Of a stretch of DNA of 64,000 nucleotides, positions 48,401 through 58,000 are shown one piece after another. Each line of letters opens with the position of its first letter. Within the stretch, counting starts at the first letter, position 1. Below the pieces are notes generated by a model. The model was not told the DNA's origin. It worked only from the letters and a program-made list of their open reading frames with translations, and ran no database searches. Origin of the DNA: a virus; IMG/VR virus record IMGVR_UViG_3300034101_004323, positions 1-64,000 of that record. One strand, written 5' to 3'. The translations under genes and the position numbers were made by a program.

Positions 48401-51319
48401 TTCTCTAAGTTGTTTTCTCTCTGATATCTTATCAGGTACATCATTTTGTCTAATAAGATTTCTATTATATCTAGCTTTTAATTGTTGAGCTTTAATCTCA
48501 TCACTCTGCTCGCACCACTTCTTTGACGCATCATCATAATTATACGATGCATTATATCCTAGTATAGGCTTAATTAATCCTTTATCATCTATTAGTCTAT
48601 AATAAGCAGGGCCGCCGACCATAATACAATCATCAATACTATTACCATACTCTTCCCATGCTCCATCTGCTAATTCTTTATCAAAAAAGATCTTTCCACT
48701 ACCCTGATAAACTGCAATACCTCCAGCAGATGATGGTATTTGAATATTTGAGTAAGCCTTATCTCTATATGCCATTAATCCTGGTAATCTTACCAAATAT
48801 TTTTTACCATAATATTTATCTCCGATACTTTTAATAAATTCAACCAAAATACGTAAATCATTCATAAATTCATAGCTTAATGTTAAACCAAAATTAATAT
48901 CTGTTTTTCTTTTTTCAGGATTTGGGGTGTTTGATCTTTGTTTAGCTTCGCCAGAATAATTTGCTTTTCCTGGTGCGGCGTCCATTCCTGGACCCGTATT
49001 TGGGGAGTTAGAGCTAAATCCTGGCATTGGTAATACTGTTAACTTATCTAATTTCTTATAAAGATTCACCAACATAACAAATAAGTCTGGTTTTTCTGTT
49101 CTGTATTTTGCTAAGCAATATGCTAGATAAGAATCAAATCCTGCCATTGCTGCTCTAATTTCTGTTTCTGTTATTTTGAAAGCAAAATCATTCAAATAAG
49201 CAGATTTTTGAATGTTCTTTTTGTTTTCTATCTCTGGTAATTGACCGTTTGCAGGAGGATCTTCTTCTTGTTCAGTATTATTTGTTGATGAACCTAAGCC
49301 ACTGTCCGTATATGGTATATTTCCAGGAATTGCAGGATCAAGTGCGTATAAACTAGACATGGACCCCAAGGATAATACTGGTAATTCTCTTGTTGTCATA
49401 CTAACAACAAGTTGTCCTGTCCATGTGTCTAATGAAACCGGTCTAATATATCTAAAGATATTATTTGATGTTGTACTAATTTCTATTTGTTCGTTGTGTT
49501 TGTATCCGAAAAATGGACATATAGCATGATTTATTAATGGGGTATATCTATTTTTTGATGCTCTACTATTCTCACTATCTAATCCTCCGGTTCCAGATCC
49601 GTTGCTAGCAGGCGTAGATGAATCTGAAGCACTACTGGAACTAACAACTCCTTTAGGAGCAGAATACTTTGTTCCTCCTCCATAACTAAAAGAAGAAAAA
49701 TAATTTCCAACCCATGGAATTGGTTTTCCTCCAACATTTGAATCTGAAAATTCAGTATCTTCTTTATTAAAAATATCACCAGTAAAAGTTTGTCTAATTG
49801 TTTCATTTCCATCATATAATTCTGAATTAACTGCTCCTAATACTTGCTTATTTATTACAGTATTTTTTGTAGATAAAAAATTAGGAACTTTTACAGCAGA
49901 TGATTTATCATTAAATCTATTATAATCAACAAATTTCTTAATTATCGGATTAAATATATAATTTGTTTGAGAATATGCTAATAAATATGACTTGGCTTGA
50001 TATAACCTTTGTTGATTACCTCCTATGTACATAACCTTAGGCGAATACCTATTATGTTCTTTACCAAATGATGTGGTTGTTGTTCCTATTCCTTCATTTT
50101 CTATATTACTAACTAATGATGATACAGCGTTTGGTACTACTGGCAGTGTTCTATTAATAGTTTTAATTTTAATAACATTAATACCATTTTTTCTTAATAT
50201 TGTAGTATAAAAATCTCTACCTGTCTTTTCACAGGCCACCCTAATAAGATCAGCAATACTAATAGAAGAATCTGGAGCACTTACTCTGATATCCAAGGGT
50301 GGTCTTGGTATCTCTGATAAGTCTAAAGAGAATAATGATCTTGAGTTATTGTCCGATGCTAATGTTGGTGGGATTAATCCAAAGCTATAATCTCTAAAAT
50401 TTGCTACCTGTGGAGACGCAGAATTTGTTAGAACTGTAGGAGCTATAATTCTGCCAAAAGGAGAAAATGCTTTTTTGGTACCCAGATCAGAAACATTAGA
50501 TGTTGATGTTAAAACAGATAATGTATCTAAAACATAAGCTAAAGGAATACCATCCTCATTTTTTGCTGAAGCTCCAAAACCATATGACTCCAAGAATCCA
50601 TAAACATTAAAAACATTAGGGATATTACCATCTTTTATTTGTCCAGCATATTGGAGTCTGGTATCATCAACAACATTAACTGGTCCTCCAAAAGAACCAG
50701 CATATCTGGCAAAAACAGATCCGGCGTAATGATCCACAATAACTTTTGAATTTTGCAGCAAATCATCTGCGGAAGAAAGCGTAACAGTATATGATATTAC
50801 ATTTTGTCTATTACTTCTTTCCCAAGATGTTATAAAACCTCCAAATGAAAAATATCCAAATCTGAAATATGCTGGACATCCTATAATATTGTAACTATAA
50901 GTGGTTTGAGGATCATAATTACCATCAGGATCAATATTTGTTATATCTCCGATAAATCCAGGATCGCTACTAACCCAGTATTTTGAAACCAGATTATTAT
51001 TTCGTAAAGCATGATAAACCTTACCTGGGATTATTCGGTCTTTACTTTTTCCAAAAACATATGGAGAACTTGTCTCATCAATATAACAATTATCATCAAT
51101 ACAATCATAATAATGATTATCTGGAAATGCTGATGGATCTATATCAAATATATTATTTGCTCTACATGCGGATATGTCATTAACCAGTTCAATATTTAAA
51201 GTAGACGATGTTCCACCCCAACCCAGATTATTACTAAAGGAAACAATACTTGATCCTAAAAATAACTGTTGTCCTATAATACTAGATCCTTTTATATTTC
51301 TCAAACATGAATTTGGCAT
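45434..51319 (-). CDS. 1961-aa putative tail/baseplate protein
   Basis: Large ORF downstream of the tape-measure gene; FLGSSI.SF...GWGG N-terminus; CPQC.G.G...CPLC zinc ribbon. Confidence 0.65.
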   Translation of the reverse strand: MPNSCLRNIKGSSIIGQQLFLGSSIVSFSNNLGWGGTSSTLNIELVNDISACRANNIFDIDPSAFPDNHYYDCIDDNCYIDETSSPYVFGKSKDRIIPGKVYHALRNNNLVSKYWVSSDPGFIGDITNIDPDGNYDPQTTYSYNIIGCPAYFRFGYFSFGGFITSWERSNRQNVISYTVTLSSADDLLQNSKVIVDHYAGSVFARYAGSFGGPVNVVDDTRLQYAGQIKDGNIPNVFNVYGFLESYGFGASAKNEDGIPLAYVLDTLSVLTSTSNVSDLGTKKAFSPFGRIIAPTVLTNSASPQVANFRDYSFGLIPPTLASDNNSRSLFSLDLSEIPRPPLDIRVSAPDSSISIADLIRVACEKTGRDFYTTILRKNGINVIKIKTINRTLPVVPNAVSSLVSNIENEGIGTTTTSFGKEHNRYSPKVMYIGGNQQRLYQAKSYLLAYSQTNYIFNPIIKKFVDYNRFNDKSSAVKVPNFLSTKNTVINKQVLGAVNSELYDGNETIRQTFTGDIFNKEDTEFSDSNVGGKPIPWVGNYFSSFSYGGGTKYSAPKGVVSSSSASDSSTPASNGSGTGGLDSENSRASKNRYTPLINHAICPFFGYKHNEQIEISTTSNNIFRYIRPVSLDTWTGQLVVSMTTRELPVLSLGSMSSLYALDPAIPGNIPYTDSGLGSSTNNTEQEEDPPANGQLPEIENKKNIQKSAYLNDFAFKITETEIRAAMAGFDSYLAYCLAKYRTEKPDLFVMLVNLYKKLDKLTVLPMPGFSSNSPNTGPGMDAAPGKANYSGEAKQRSNTPNPEKRKTDINFGLTLSYEFMNDLRILVEFIKSIGDKYYGKKYLVRLPGLMAYRDKAYSNIQIPSSAGGIAVYQGSGKIFFDKELADGAWEEYGNSIDDCIMVGGPAYYRLIDDKGLIKPILGYNASYNYDDASKKWCEQSDEIKAQQLKARYNRNLIRQNDVPDKISERKQLREYDQAWANRIGSSINCEKKIIPSINLASIGQDYLLIDTFDVRKDPFGRTGVLSSGVSQQQQSSGNDKVKRSVFSAPSRKVYITTSCDDIAFFDPSSLIGPRAIIDSPGIELMGSSYSYTKDPNLTVIANVAIEDLAILEKKKLLTADLKKVLLSYCIPILDNGFLVSEGDTSNQSSKHEMISAKMAHPLFAGIPLKSNLYCYGPWTNYPSLANQANVFPGIIDSSNAVEQLIGDTKVEKREEFVPWQTGGTSFLDLLVLNTMSSELSYQPILENGQVSVYGPPLFGLGGGMVLGVTDNDVHASLISKVYGFNCVSLQKNYIDNYMGLTLSNISTYASTNGVSTNYSFRTYSQKLGIYSKENAERIKQFSTSRISLLKKLSDAQSKFEQKISNQINKIMENSSNTRSGSSLSSFESKIYGRSPGEVFIGRAMHYIPETDIVSKDPGGSGELRRHNTRTALYMPSEILSELSKEYDSKAVMSMDGFFSPISFYPTLFGSTYSLSSRCITDELKKKNIICPQCAGLGYYKISVVPSGSKIAEEVDYPCPLCSKSKLVFPSGEDTDQPQEINILSLNPIVMPHGEFKNPNSQPSASGERSRHSISVIGRSEHAPVDFESLDLARNIQSLYDPITGQFAVQQVPSGETQAGLESSELMKVMNLSNAVNKDYYDIDLTYKYNTNENILLNQRFFGLRGPLMMHGWGYDTDGYPVPNAADEPLEIDKYGRPKRFLLNASGQNDYTKDGEFIPSKGKLLGDIIGKGYKKEGNEWIKTKSKYFHLNWAERSDLWPVGPIDVRWDNDRKVWSASGGGGCDGEILPPYVVASGTDISLLNTFIGKANAKNKCPYKMIYITLEEDMILPDGGFETYPTRAFIDDAEYSVQPMDYGIRRLIYVKDKSGYTAPRGSKLLCRYNSNSGFYEPVSKQSFIVFGQITGNNSAIVSLTYIQGSRRPENAPRIPIIFDNTRFNFTISGAKNTGMFMFENGKWILIGRN

Positions 51320-51320
51320 T

Positions 51321-53207
51321 TTAATGATCCATATGATTTCTATCTGTGGTACATTGTTGGAAGATCCATGTTACAGACCTAGAATATCTTCCCTGAGATG
51401 GAGTCCATGTCTCTGAGTCTGATTGAGTAAAAACAGTTCCATATGGTTGAGAAATAGAATTTTGAAATAAAGCATTTGTTCTATTGCCGAATGGTCTATG
51501 TCCTTCAATAATTAAGTCTATATTTTGCCATAATGGATTATCTGTGTATAAAGGACATGATGGATCTGTTTGTATGGATTCTCTTGGAGATGATGGTGGA
51601 ACGATAACAACTTCAACACTAATGCTCTTTCTTGCGGTAGTCTTACCGTTGGTGGTAATAATAGGACCTAATTGGCGTCCAATAACTTGGGTTTCTGTGG
51701 TATTATCGGCTGGAGAATCTATTGTAACACTGATATTTTCACTAAGAACACCATTCCAAATAGAAGATAACATATTTGTTTTGTTATTAAATTCATAACT
51801 ATAATTTATAGTTCCTCTATTAGGATCATGACTTTCTGATGTTGATGCAGGAACGACGTTAAGGGTATTTTCTCTTGAATAATTCGGGTGTGTGTTTTGT
51901 TGACTTGGATTAATATCATTATATTCTGTTGTTCTATCATAACTATTAATGCCTAATGAAGCTCTTCTATATAACATAGGCTTAACTTTTTGTAACCAAC
52001 CATCTCTAGCACTATCATATTTAGTTCTTTTGGGGGATATATTAGTTGCTACAGTAGTGTTTGATGGTTCTTTTCCATTATATTCTGAAAACTTTAAATT
52101 AATAGGATTATCTAATCCAGATCCTGTTGGCATAATTCCAGAAGTACCATCCATGATTTCTTTTGGCGTTTCTATCAAACCCTGTAACGATCCAGCAACT
52201 CTCACTGTTGTTACATATTCTTGAGAAGTTGATCTTTCTATATTGAATGTCTCTATATATCCAATTTTTTCGGGCATTGCTAACCAAGAATCATTAACTT
52301 CGTATGTTCCATTATATATATCTATACTGGTAGTTCTAGCATGATTATATAGATGAGTACCACTAGAATTAGGAAAATAAGGAGAAGAACCAGCAGAATT
52401 TACTCCGCCAAATGGTTTTTTTAGCTGTTTTTCTACCCATGATTTGGCATATAAGTATGACTTATTATTTTGGGCTATTGATTCATCTATTGATAAACAC
52501 TCTGTACCACTAGGAACAGGAATACCTCTTGCTGATAATCTTCTAGAAATTCTAAATTGAGGTATAGAAGTAATATCCACAGGAGAAGAATTCATTGTAC
52601 CAATACCATTCAATGCTCCTATCACTCCAAAAGATGGGCTAAATGCCCCGTATCCTGGTGGACTTTCTGGTTTAGATGAAACATTATATATGTTATTTAT
52701 AAATGAGATATCATCTTGTGGTTCTATTGTCCAGCTCTCACTTCTATCGCTAACATTATCTGATCCACTAACAGCAGTTAAAAATTCTAATCCAATAGCA
52801 TAATCAGCAGTTTGAGTCCAATTATTTTCGCTTTTATTTACACTTAAATTAGTAACTCTTATACCACTAATACTATACATTACATCATTATTACATTTGA
52901 TCTCAAATAATCCATTTGAACAACTGAATAAATCCTCCAGTTTTTTGATAGATAAAATTATACCACTAATACCAGTTGATCCATTAGTATCACTAACAGC
53001 TTTTGTTGTACTTACTATTTTTCCTGTTAAATCTATCTGGTTTGTTATAGTTTCAACTATATTATTTGAATTAGCATTAAATGTTTTTGATATATCTACC
53101 AGAGGTTCTGGACCAACAATAGATCCTATATTAATACCTCTATAATATACTTTAACTCCGCTAGAGGATAATGCTTGAGCACTAAATAATAAATCTTGAT
53201 TAAACAT
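51321..53207 (-). CDS. Putative tail structural protein
   Basis: 628-aa beta-rich ORF; AAGG SD; located in the tail block. Confidence 0.6.
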   Translation of the reverse strand: MFNQDLLFSAQALSSSGVKVYYRGINIGSIVGPEPLVDISKTFNANSNNIVETITNQIDLTGKIVSTTKAVSDTNGSTGISGIILSIKKLEDLFSCSNGLFEIKCNNDVMYSISGIRVTNLSVNKSENNWTQTADYAIGLEFLTAVSGSDNVSDRSESWTIEPQDDISFINNIYNVSSKPESPPGYGAFSPSFGVIGALNGIGTMNSSPVDITSIPQFRISRRLSARGIPVPSGTECLSIDESIAQNNKSYLYAKSWVEKQLKKPFGGVNSAGSSPYFPNSSGTHLYNHARTTSIDIYNGTYEVNDSWLAMPEKIGYIETFNIERSTSQEYVTTVRVAGSLQGLIETPKEIMDGTSGIMPTGSGLDNPINLKFSEYNGKEPSNTTVATNISPKRTKYDSARDGWLQKVKPMLYRRASLGINSYDRTTEYNDINPSQQNTHPNYSRENTLNVVPASTSESHDPNRGTINYSYEFNNKTNMLSSIWNGVLSENISVTIDSPADNTTETQVIGRQLGPIITTNGKTTARKSISVEVVIVPPSSPRESIQTDPSCPLYTDNPLWQNIDLIIEGHRPFGNRTNALFQNSISQPYGTVFTQSDSETWTPSQGRYSRSVTWIFQQCTTDRNHMDH

Positions 53208-53221
53208 CCTTTATCCTTACA

Positions 53222-54466
53222 TTATATTAATGCTACAGCACTCACATATATTGGGGTTATTTTTCCAGTAATTTCTGTTCCTAAATAATTAGCTTTTATC
53301 GTATCTCCATCGTATATACGATAATTGTATTGTAATTGTCCAATATTAGAACCATTATAATATAAAGAGGCAATACTAGGTATTTCTGATAAGTCTGGTA
53401 AATATTCTGTGGTTTTAGCAACTTCGGAAAATTTTACTGGCTGACCAGATACCGGAGGAACTATAGCCACAACCAAATCTTTAAAAGAATCTGAATTCAC
53501 AAAGATATCATCTATAACTATATCATAAGATTTATTCCCAAGATTTGCAATATATTTTGTACTCTCAATATCATTATATGTGGATAATATAGCTGATCTA
53601 ATTTGGTCCACTGTTACTTTTTTTGTTTTCATTGCTAAAGGATCAGCTATTATCCTAAATTTATCTTTATGGCCTCTATTTGGTAATAATTGATTATTTT
53701 TTTTGTTTAATATAATTGAATCTATATTATCTGTGCATGGTATAAATTTGGCTAAAATATAATTTTGGTAAGTATATGTCCAATTATTTTCTTTATTTAA
53801 TACAATAAATTCATCATCAATAGGATTACTAGATATAATTTCGCATGGAATATTTGAGGCATCAGAAACAATGATTTCTTTATATTGAGTTTTAATAATA
53901 GAATTAGAATCTAATCCCTTAACTGTCATCTTTAACAAAACTTTAGCAGAAGTTGAGAACTTTGGTATTATCTGAAACGATGTTATTGGAACGAACCTAT
54001 CATTGCCAGATATTGTATATATTTGAGGGGTAATATTAACAAATGTTCCAGACGGAACAGCAGATTCTACATTAAATTCTATAGAATAACTATTTTTAGG
54101 TTCTATGTTGTTTTCTAAATAAACCTGACCAAGAGCATCAGCAGAAGCTGCATCACTTTGACTTTGAAAGTAAGTAATCTCATCTGGGCTTGCTGTTATT
54201 AAAGTAAAATTTCCCACATAAGAGTTATTCAGTATCAGATCAGGACTTAAAAAATTAGAGGTATTTGGTGCTATTACGACTCTTGTTCCTGTTATAACAG
54301 GATATTCTGAGCTGAGATTAGCTATAGATAATGTAGAAATGCCACCCACTCTTTGAGAAGCTGTTATGTCTGCAACTTTAATTGGTTTAGGTCTAAGTTC
54401 ATCAAATGTGATGCTAAGTCCACAAGCCGCAGATATTATGTTATATTGTTCAGTTGGTATAAGCAT
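53222..54466 (-). CDS. Virion-module protein containing an AcrB DN/DC-like subdomain
   Basis: Residues about 269-354: KFRIIADP...VTVDQIRSAI...FKDLVV...GQPVKFSEVAK. Confidence 0.6.
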   Translation of the reverse strand: MLIPTEQYNIISAACGLSITFDELRPKPIKVADITASQRVGGISTLSIANLSSEYPVITGTRVVIAPNTSNFLSPDLILNNSYVGNFTLITASPDEITYFQSQSDAASADALGQVYLENNIEPKNSYSIEFNVESAVPSGTFVNITPQIYTISGNDRFVPITSFQIIPKFSTSAKVLLKMTVKGLDSNSIIKTQYKEIIVSDASNIPCEIISSNPIDDEFIVLNKENNWTYTYQNYILAKFIPCTDNIDSIILNKKNNQLLPNRGHKDKFRIIADPLAMKTKKVTVDQIRSAILSTYNDIESTKYIANLGNKSYDIVIDDIFVNSDSFKDLVVAIVPPVSGQPVKFSEVAKTTEYLPDLSEIPSIASLYYNGSNIGQLQYNYRIYDGDTIKANYLGTEITGKITPIYVSAVALI

Positions 54467-54475
54467 AATTTGCCT

Positions 54476-54997
54476 TTAGCAGTTTTGGCAGGATATTGTT
54501 ATGGTTCGACTTGTTAGCTCAATAAGTTCTGATGATGAATTGTAGTTTAATATTTTAAACTTTAAAATAGTTAAATTTTTAGATCCAGATATGGTTAGTG
54601 TTATTGGAACAATAGCTTCTTTAAGAGGTATGGTATTATTTGAGCTTGGATCAGTATAATTATATTCTGTATAGACTGGAGTATTAATTGAGTAATTAAT
54701 ATCATTACCACTAAGATCTTCTAATTCAAATACATAATTAGTATCTGTCATTAGATCTATTACTTTAACATTTAGAATATCTCCACTACAACAAAAATTA
54801 TTTACAGAATCAAAAGTTATAGCAGGAACTTTGCTGAAACAAACTTGTTTACCAACGAACTCTACAACCGAACCATTAACTAATTTTGTATATAATTTAC
54901 CAGTTACTGCATTTATTGCTATTTCTCCAACCACTAATTGATTAGCATGAGGAGGATTTATAGTTTGTTGATCATTTTTAAGTCGTAAAGTACCCAT
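54476..54997 (-). CDS. Short fibre-like protein with Mtd-N/hyaluronidase-type N-terminal motif
   Basis: LRLK...P...QLVVGEIAINAVTGKLYTK; AGGAG SD. Confidence 0.6.
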   Translation of the reverse strand: MGTLRLKNDQQTINPPHANQLVVGEIAINAVTGKLYTKLVNGSVVEFVGKQVCFSKVPAITFDSVNNFCCSGDILNVKVIDLMTDTNYVFELEDLSGNDINYSINTPVYTEYNYTDPSSNNTIPLKEAIVPITLTISGSKNLTILKFKILNYNSSSELIELTSRTITISCQNC

Positions 54998-55016
54998 TTA
55001 AACATTCTCCTTGATA

Positions 55017-58000
55017 TTAATAACATACTCCAGTAAACATCATACCCAATCCACTAGGTCCACCACTAAAGTCAAAAGAATCAGTTCCAAATGTGGATGT
55101 GTCCTCGGTTACTGTTGATCTAGGATCACCGTCTGTTCCTATACTTCTAATTTCTGATGGTTCACTGTCTCCATAGCTATTTGTGGCCACAATTTTAAAG
55201 AAATATGTATTATTCTCTGGTATATTATCAACAACAAGACTGGTCGCAGATGCACTTACCGATCCGTTATATGTTATCCAAGAGAATTGACCAATAGGAG
55301 TAACTCCATCATCAAGCCAATAATATACTATGTATCCGTTTCTTGCACTAAGACCATCATTAGCTGGTGCGGTCCAAGACAACAAAGCATCGTATTGATT
55401 TCTTGTTACGCTAAATGTTTGTGGTTTACTTGGAAAATCACTAGATGGCGTAACATTAGGTGTTGGATCACTTGGTTCTGATTTACCAACAGTATTAATA
55501 GCAATAACTCTAAATCTATAAGATGTTGTAGAGAATAAATTACTTACATAACGGTATGTTGCAGGATTAGACACTAGCGGTAGACCATCAGTAGTAATTT
55601 GTTCGCTTTCTAGTGGTAACCAATCTTCTGCGATATCAGAATAATATTCAACAAGATAAGCATATATATCTCTACCCCCATTGTCTTCTGGAGCTTGCCA
55701 TTCTAATACAACAGCATTATACTTTGGTGTTGCTATTAAGTCTGTTGGTTTTCCAGGAAGTTGTGGATTTGGTGGAGGAATTAGGGACACAATCTGTCCA
55801 AATGTATTTATTGTTAAGGGATAATTTGGAACATAAAGTTTTTTATTTAGTGATTCTTCGTATGGAACCGGAACCGATCCCGTCCATACTGGATTCAATA
55901 CTAGCTCTTTAGTAATAAGCCCACTACTATAAGTATAACCATCAACGCTCAAATCAGCATAGGTAGATAATGGAAGACTACCACTAATTGCTACTCCAGT
56001 AGAACTAATTTCCATACCATATGCTTTCTCTAATGCTAGATTTTCTTCAGCATTAGCTCCATAAGATATTATACCTTCGTATACTCCGTTTAATGTTGTT
56101 ATAGCATAAGGAGTATTGGTATTGATAGTAATTTTTGGTTTAACATCTAAATAAATACCTGTTGCTCTAACTGCTATCTGATTTTCTATAATTGTTGTTT
56201 TTCTAAAAATTCCACTTTCCAATGAACCTAAAACACTATTTGGAATAGAGGCATGAACTCTAAAAGCTGGAGTTAAACCAGAAGGAACTCCATTTTCATT
56301 TATGGCAAACCACTCTGGTTCATATCTTGTAAATAATGTTTTTCTATGACCATATACAATAAAATCAATATCTTCTGCGATTTTATTAAATGTTGTATAT
56401 ATATTGGGTCTGATACTAATAGTATTTATTGTGCTTGGTTTGAATCTATACTCACTATTTGCAGATAATCCATCGCAAGTAAAGCCTTCTATGGCATCTG
56501 GTTCAATCTTCATCTCCAGATATCCGCCCTTTTGTACAGAAAACGCGTAGCCTACATATCTTCCATTATCTTCATCTCCTTGACCGAGAACTAATTGTGA
56601 TGTTCCATAAAAATCTTCTGGAATAGGGGGACAAACAGTTACAACTAGATCTATTTCATTTGTAAAGAAATCTTTAGCGCCATCAGCATCTCTAGCGTCA
56701 ACAAGACTAATATTTGCAACTTTAACATAGAAGACATCTCTATTTTGATTATATATTGCTATAGTTTCATTATAGGCAAATTCTTTCTGTATATCAGATA
56801 AATTAATGCCTCCAGTACCACCCTTAGATTCGTCCAGTGAAATAAATTTGAATCTGTCTATTGTTCCGCCAACCCCTGCTCCAATAAACTCTATTGCTCT
56901 TCTAGGATATCTGGTCCAACTTACTCCTGGAGCACTAAGATAATCAGGTTGTTGCCATAGAGCTGGACCAGTACCATTATGAGTTAAAATACTTCCACTA
57001 AATCCTGGCACTAATGGTCCAACAAAAATTCTATCAGTATATAGTGCTGGTGGTAGTTCATTTTGTCCATCTGCTGTTTCACCAGAAGGCTTATAAATAC
57101 CAACAACATAATTGCCTAAAGAACTTGCTTGAGATGGAGCTAATCCAACGCCAAACCAGTTAGAAGCTGTTAAATAACCCTGATCAGAATTATGTATTAT
57201 ACTTCCTTCTGGAGTACCATTAAGAACAGGATATAGTCCAGTTGAACTTGTAATATTACCATCACCATCTGTTGAAGAAACAACCATGTACTCTGATTTG
57301 AAATGTTCAGAAGATACAACATTTGTATCATCTACCTTAAATAAGAATCCACCACTAGGGCCAGGGAACATACCACCCGGTATAACGTTACCATCTGCTC
57401 CAACATATTCTAGACCCCCACTAGAACTAATTTTAATACCACCACCATTAAGCCCTGATCCTATGAATAAATCCTGATAAAATTCTGTACGATTAGGAGT
57501 GAATCTAACAAGACTTAATGGATTAATTTTATTGATAAATACAGTATTGCCTGTAGTAGCAAAAACTATTCCGGTATTAGATATGAAAGTGCCAAAAGCA
57601 CCAGTAATAGAGGATAATGGATCAACTTCTACAACAGTATCGTCTCCACCAAATTTAATATTATAGTTAGAATTAGAAATATTTGCAGATAATAATTTAT
57701 TTCCGGATGATCCAAGACTTAGTGAATCAGCGTATATATTACCTCCAACACTAAGCGTTGAGACTAATCCACTAGCATATTCAAATGGTTCTACTCTACT
57801 AATTGTAACCGCTGATCCTGATGTACTAATAGACTCATTTGGAAGCGGCATGAAATAAGCAGCTTTATGCCATTCGTTTAATGATGGTAGCCAATATCCT
57901 GCATCTTTCTTGCGAGTTACAGAAATAACACCAGCAGATTCACTAATATTATATGATCCGTCTTCTGTTGTTGATGACGAAACCATATCTCCTGTTGGAG

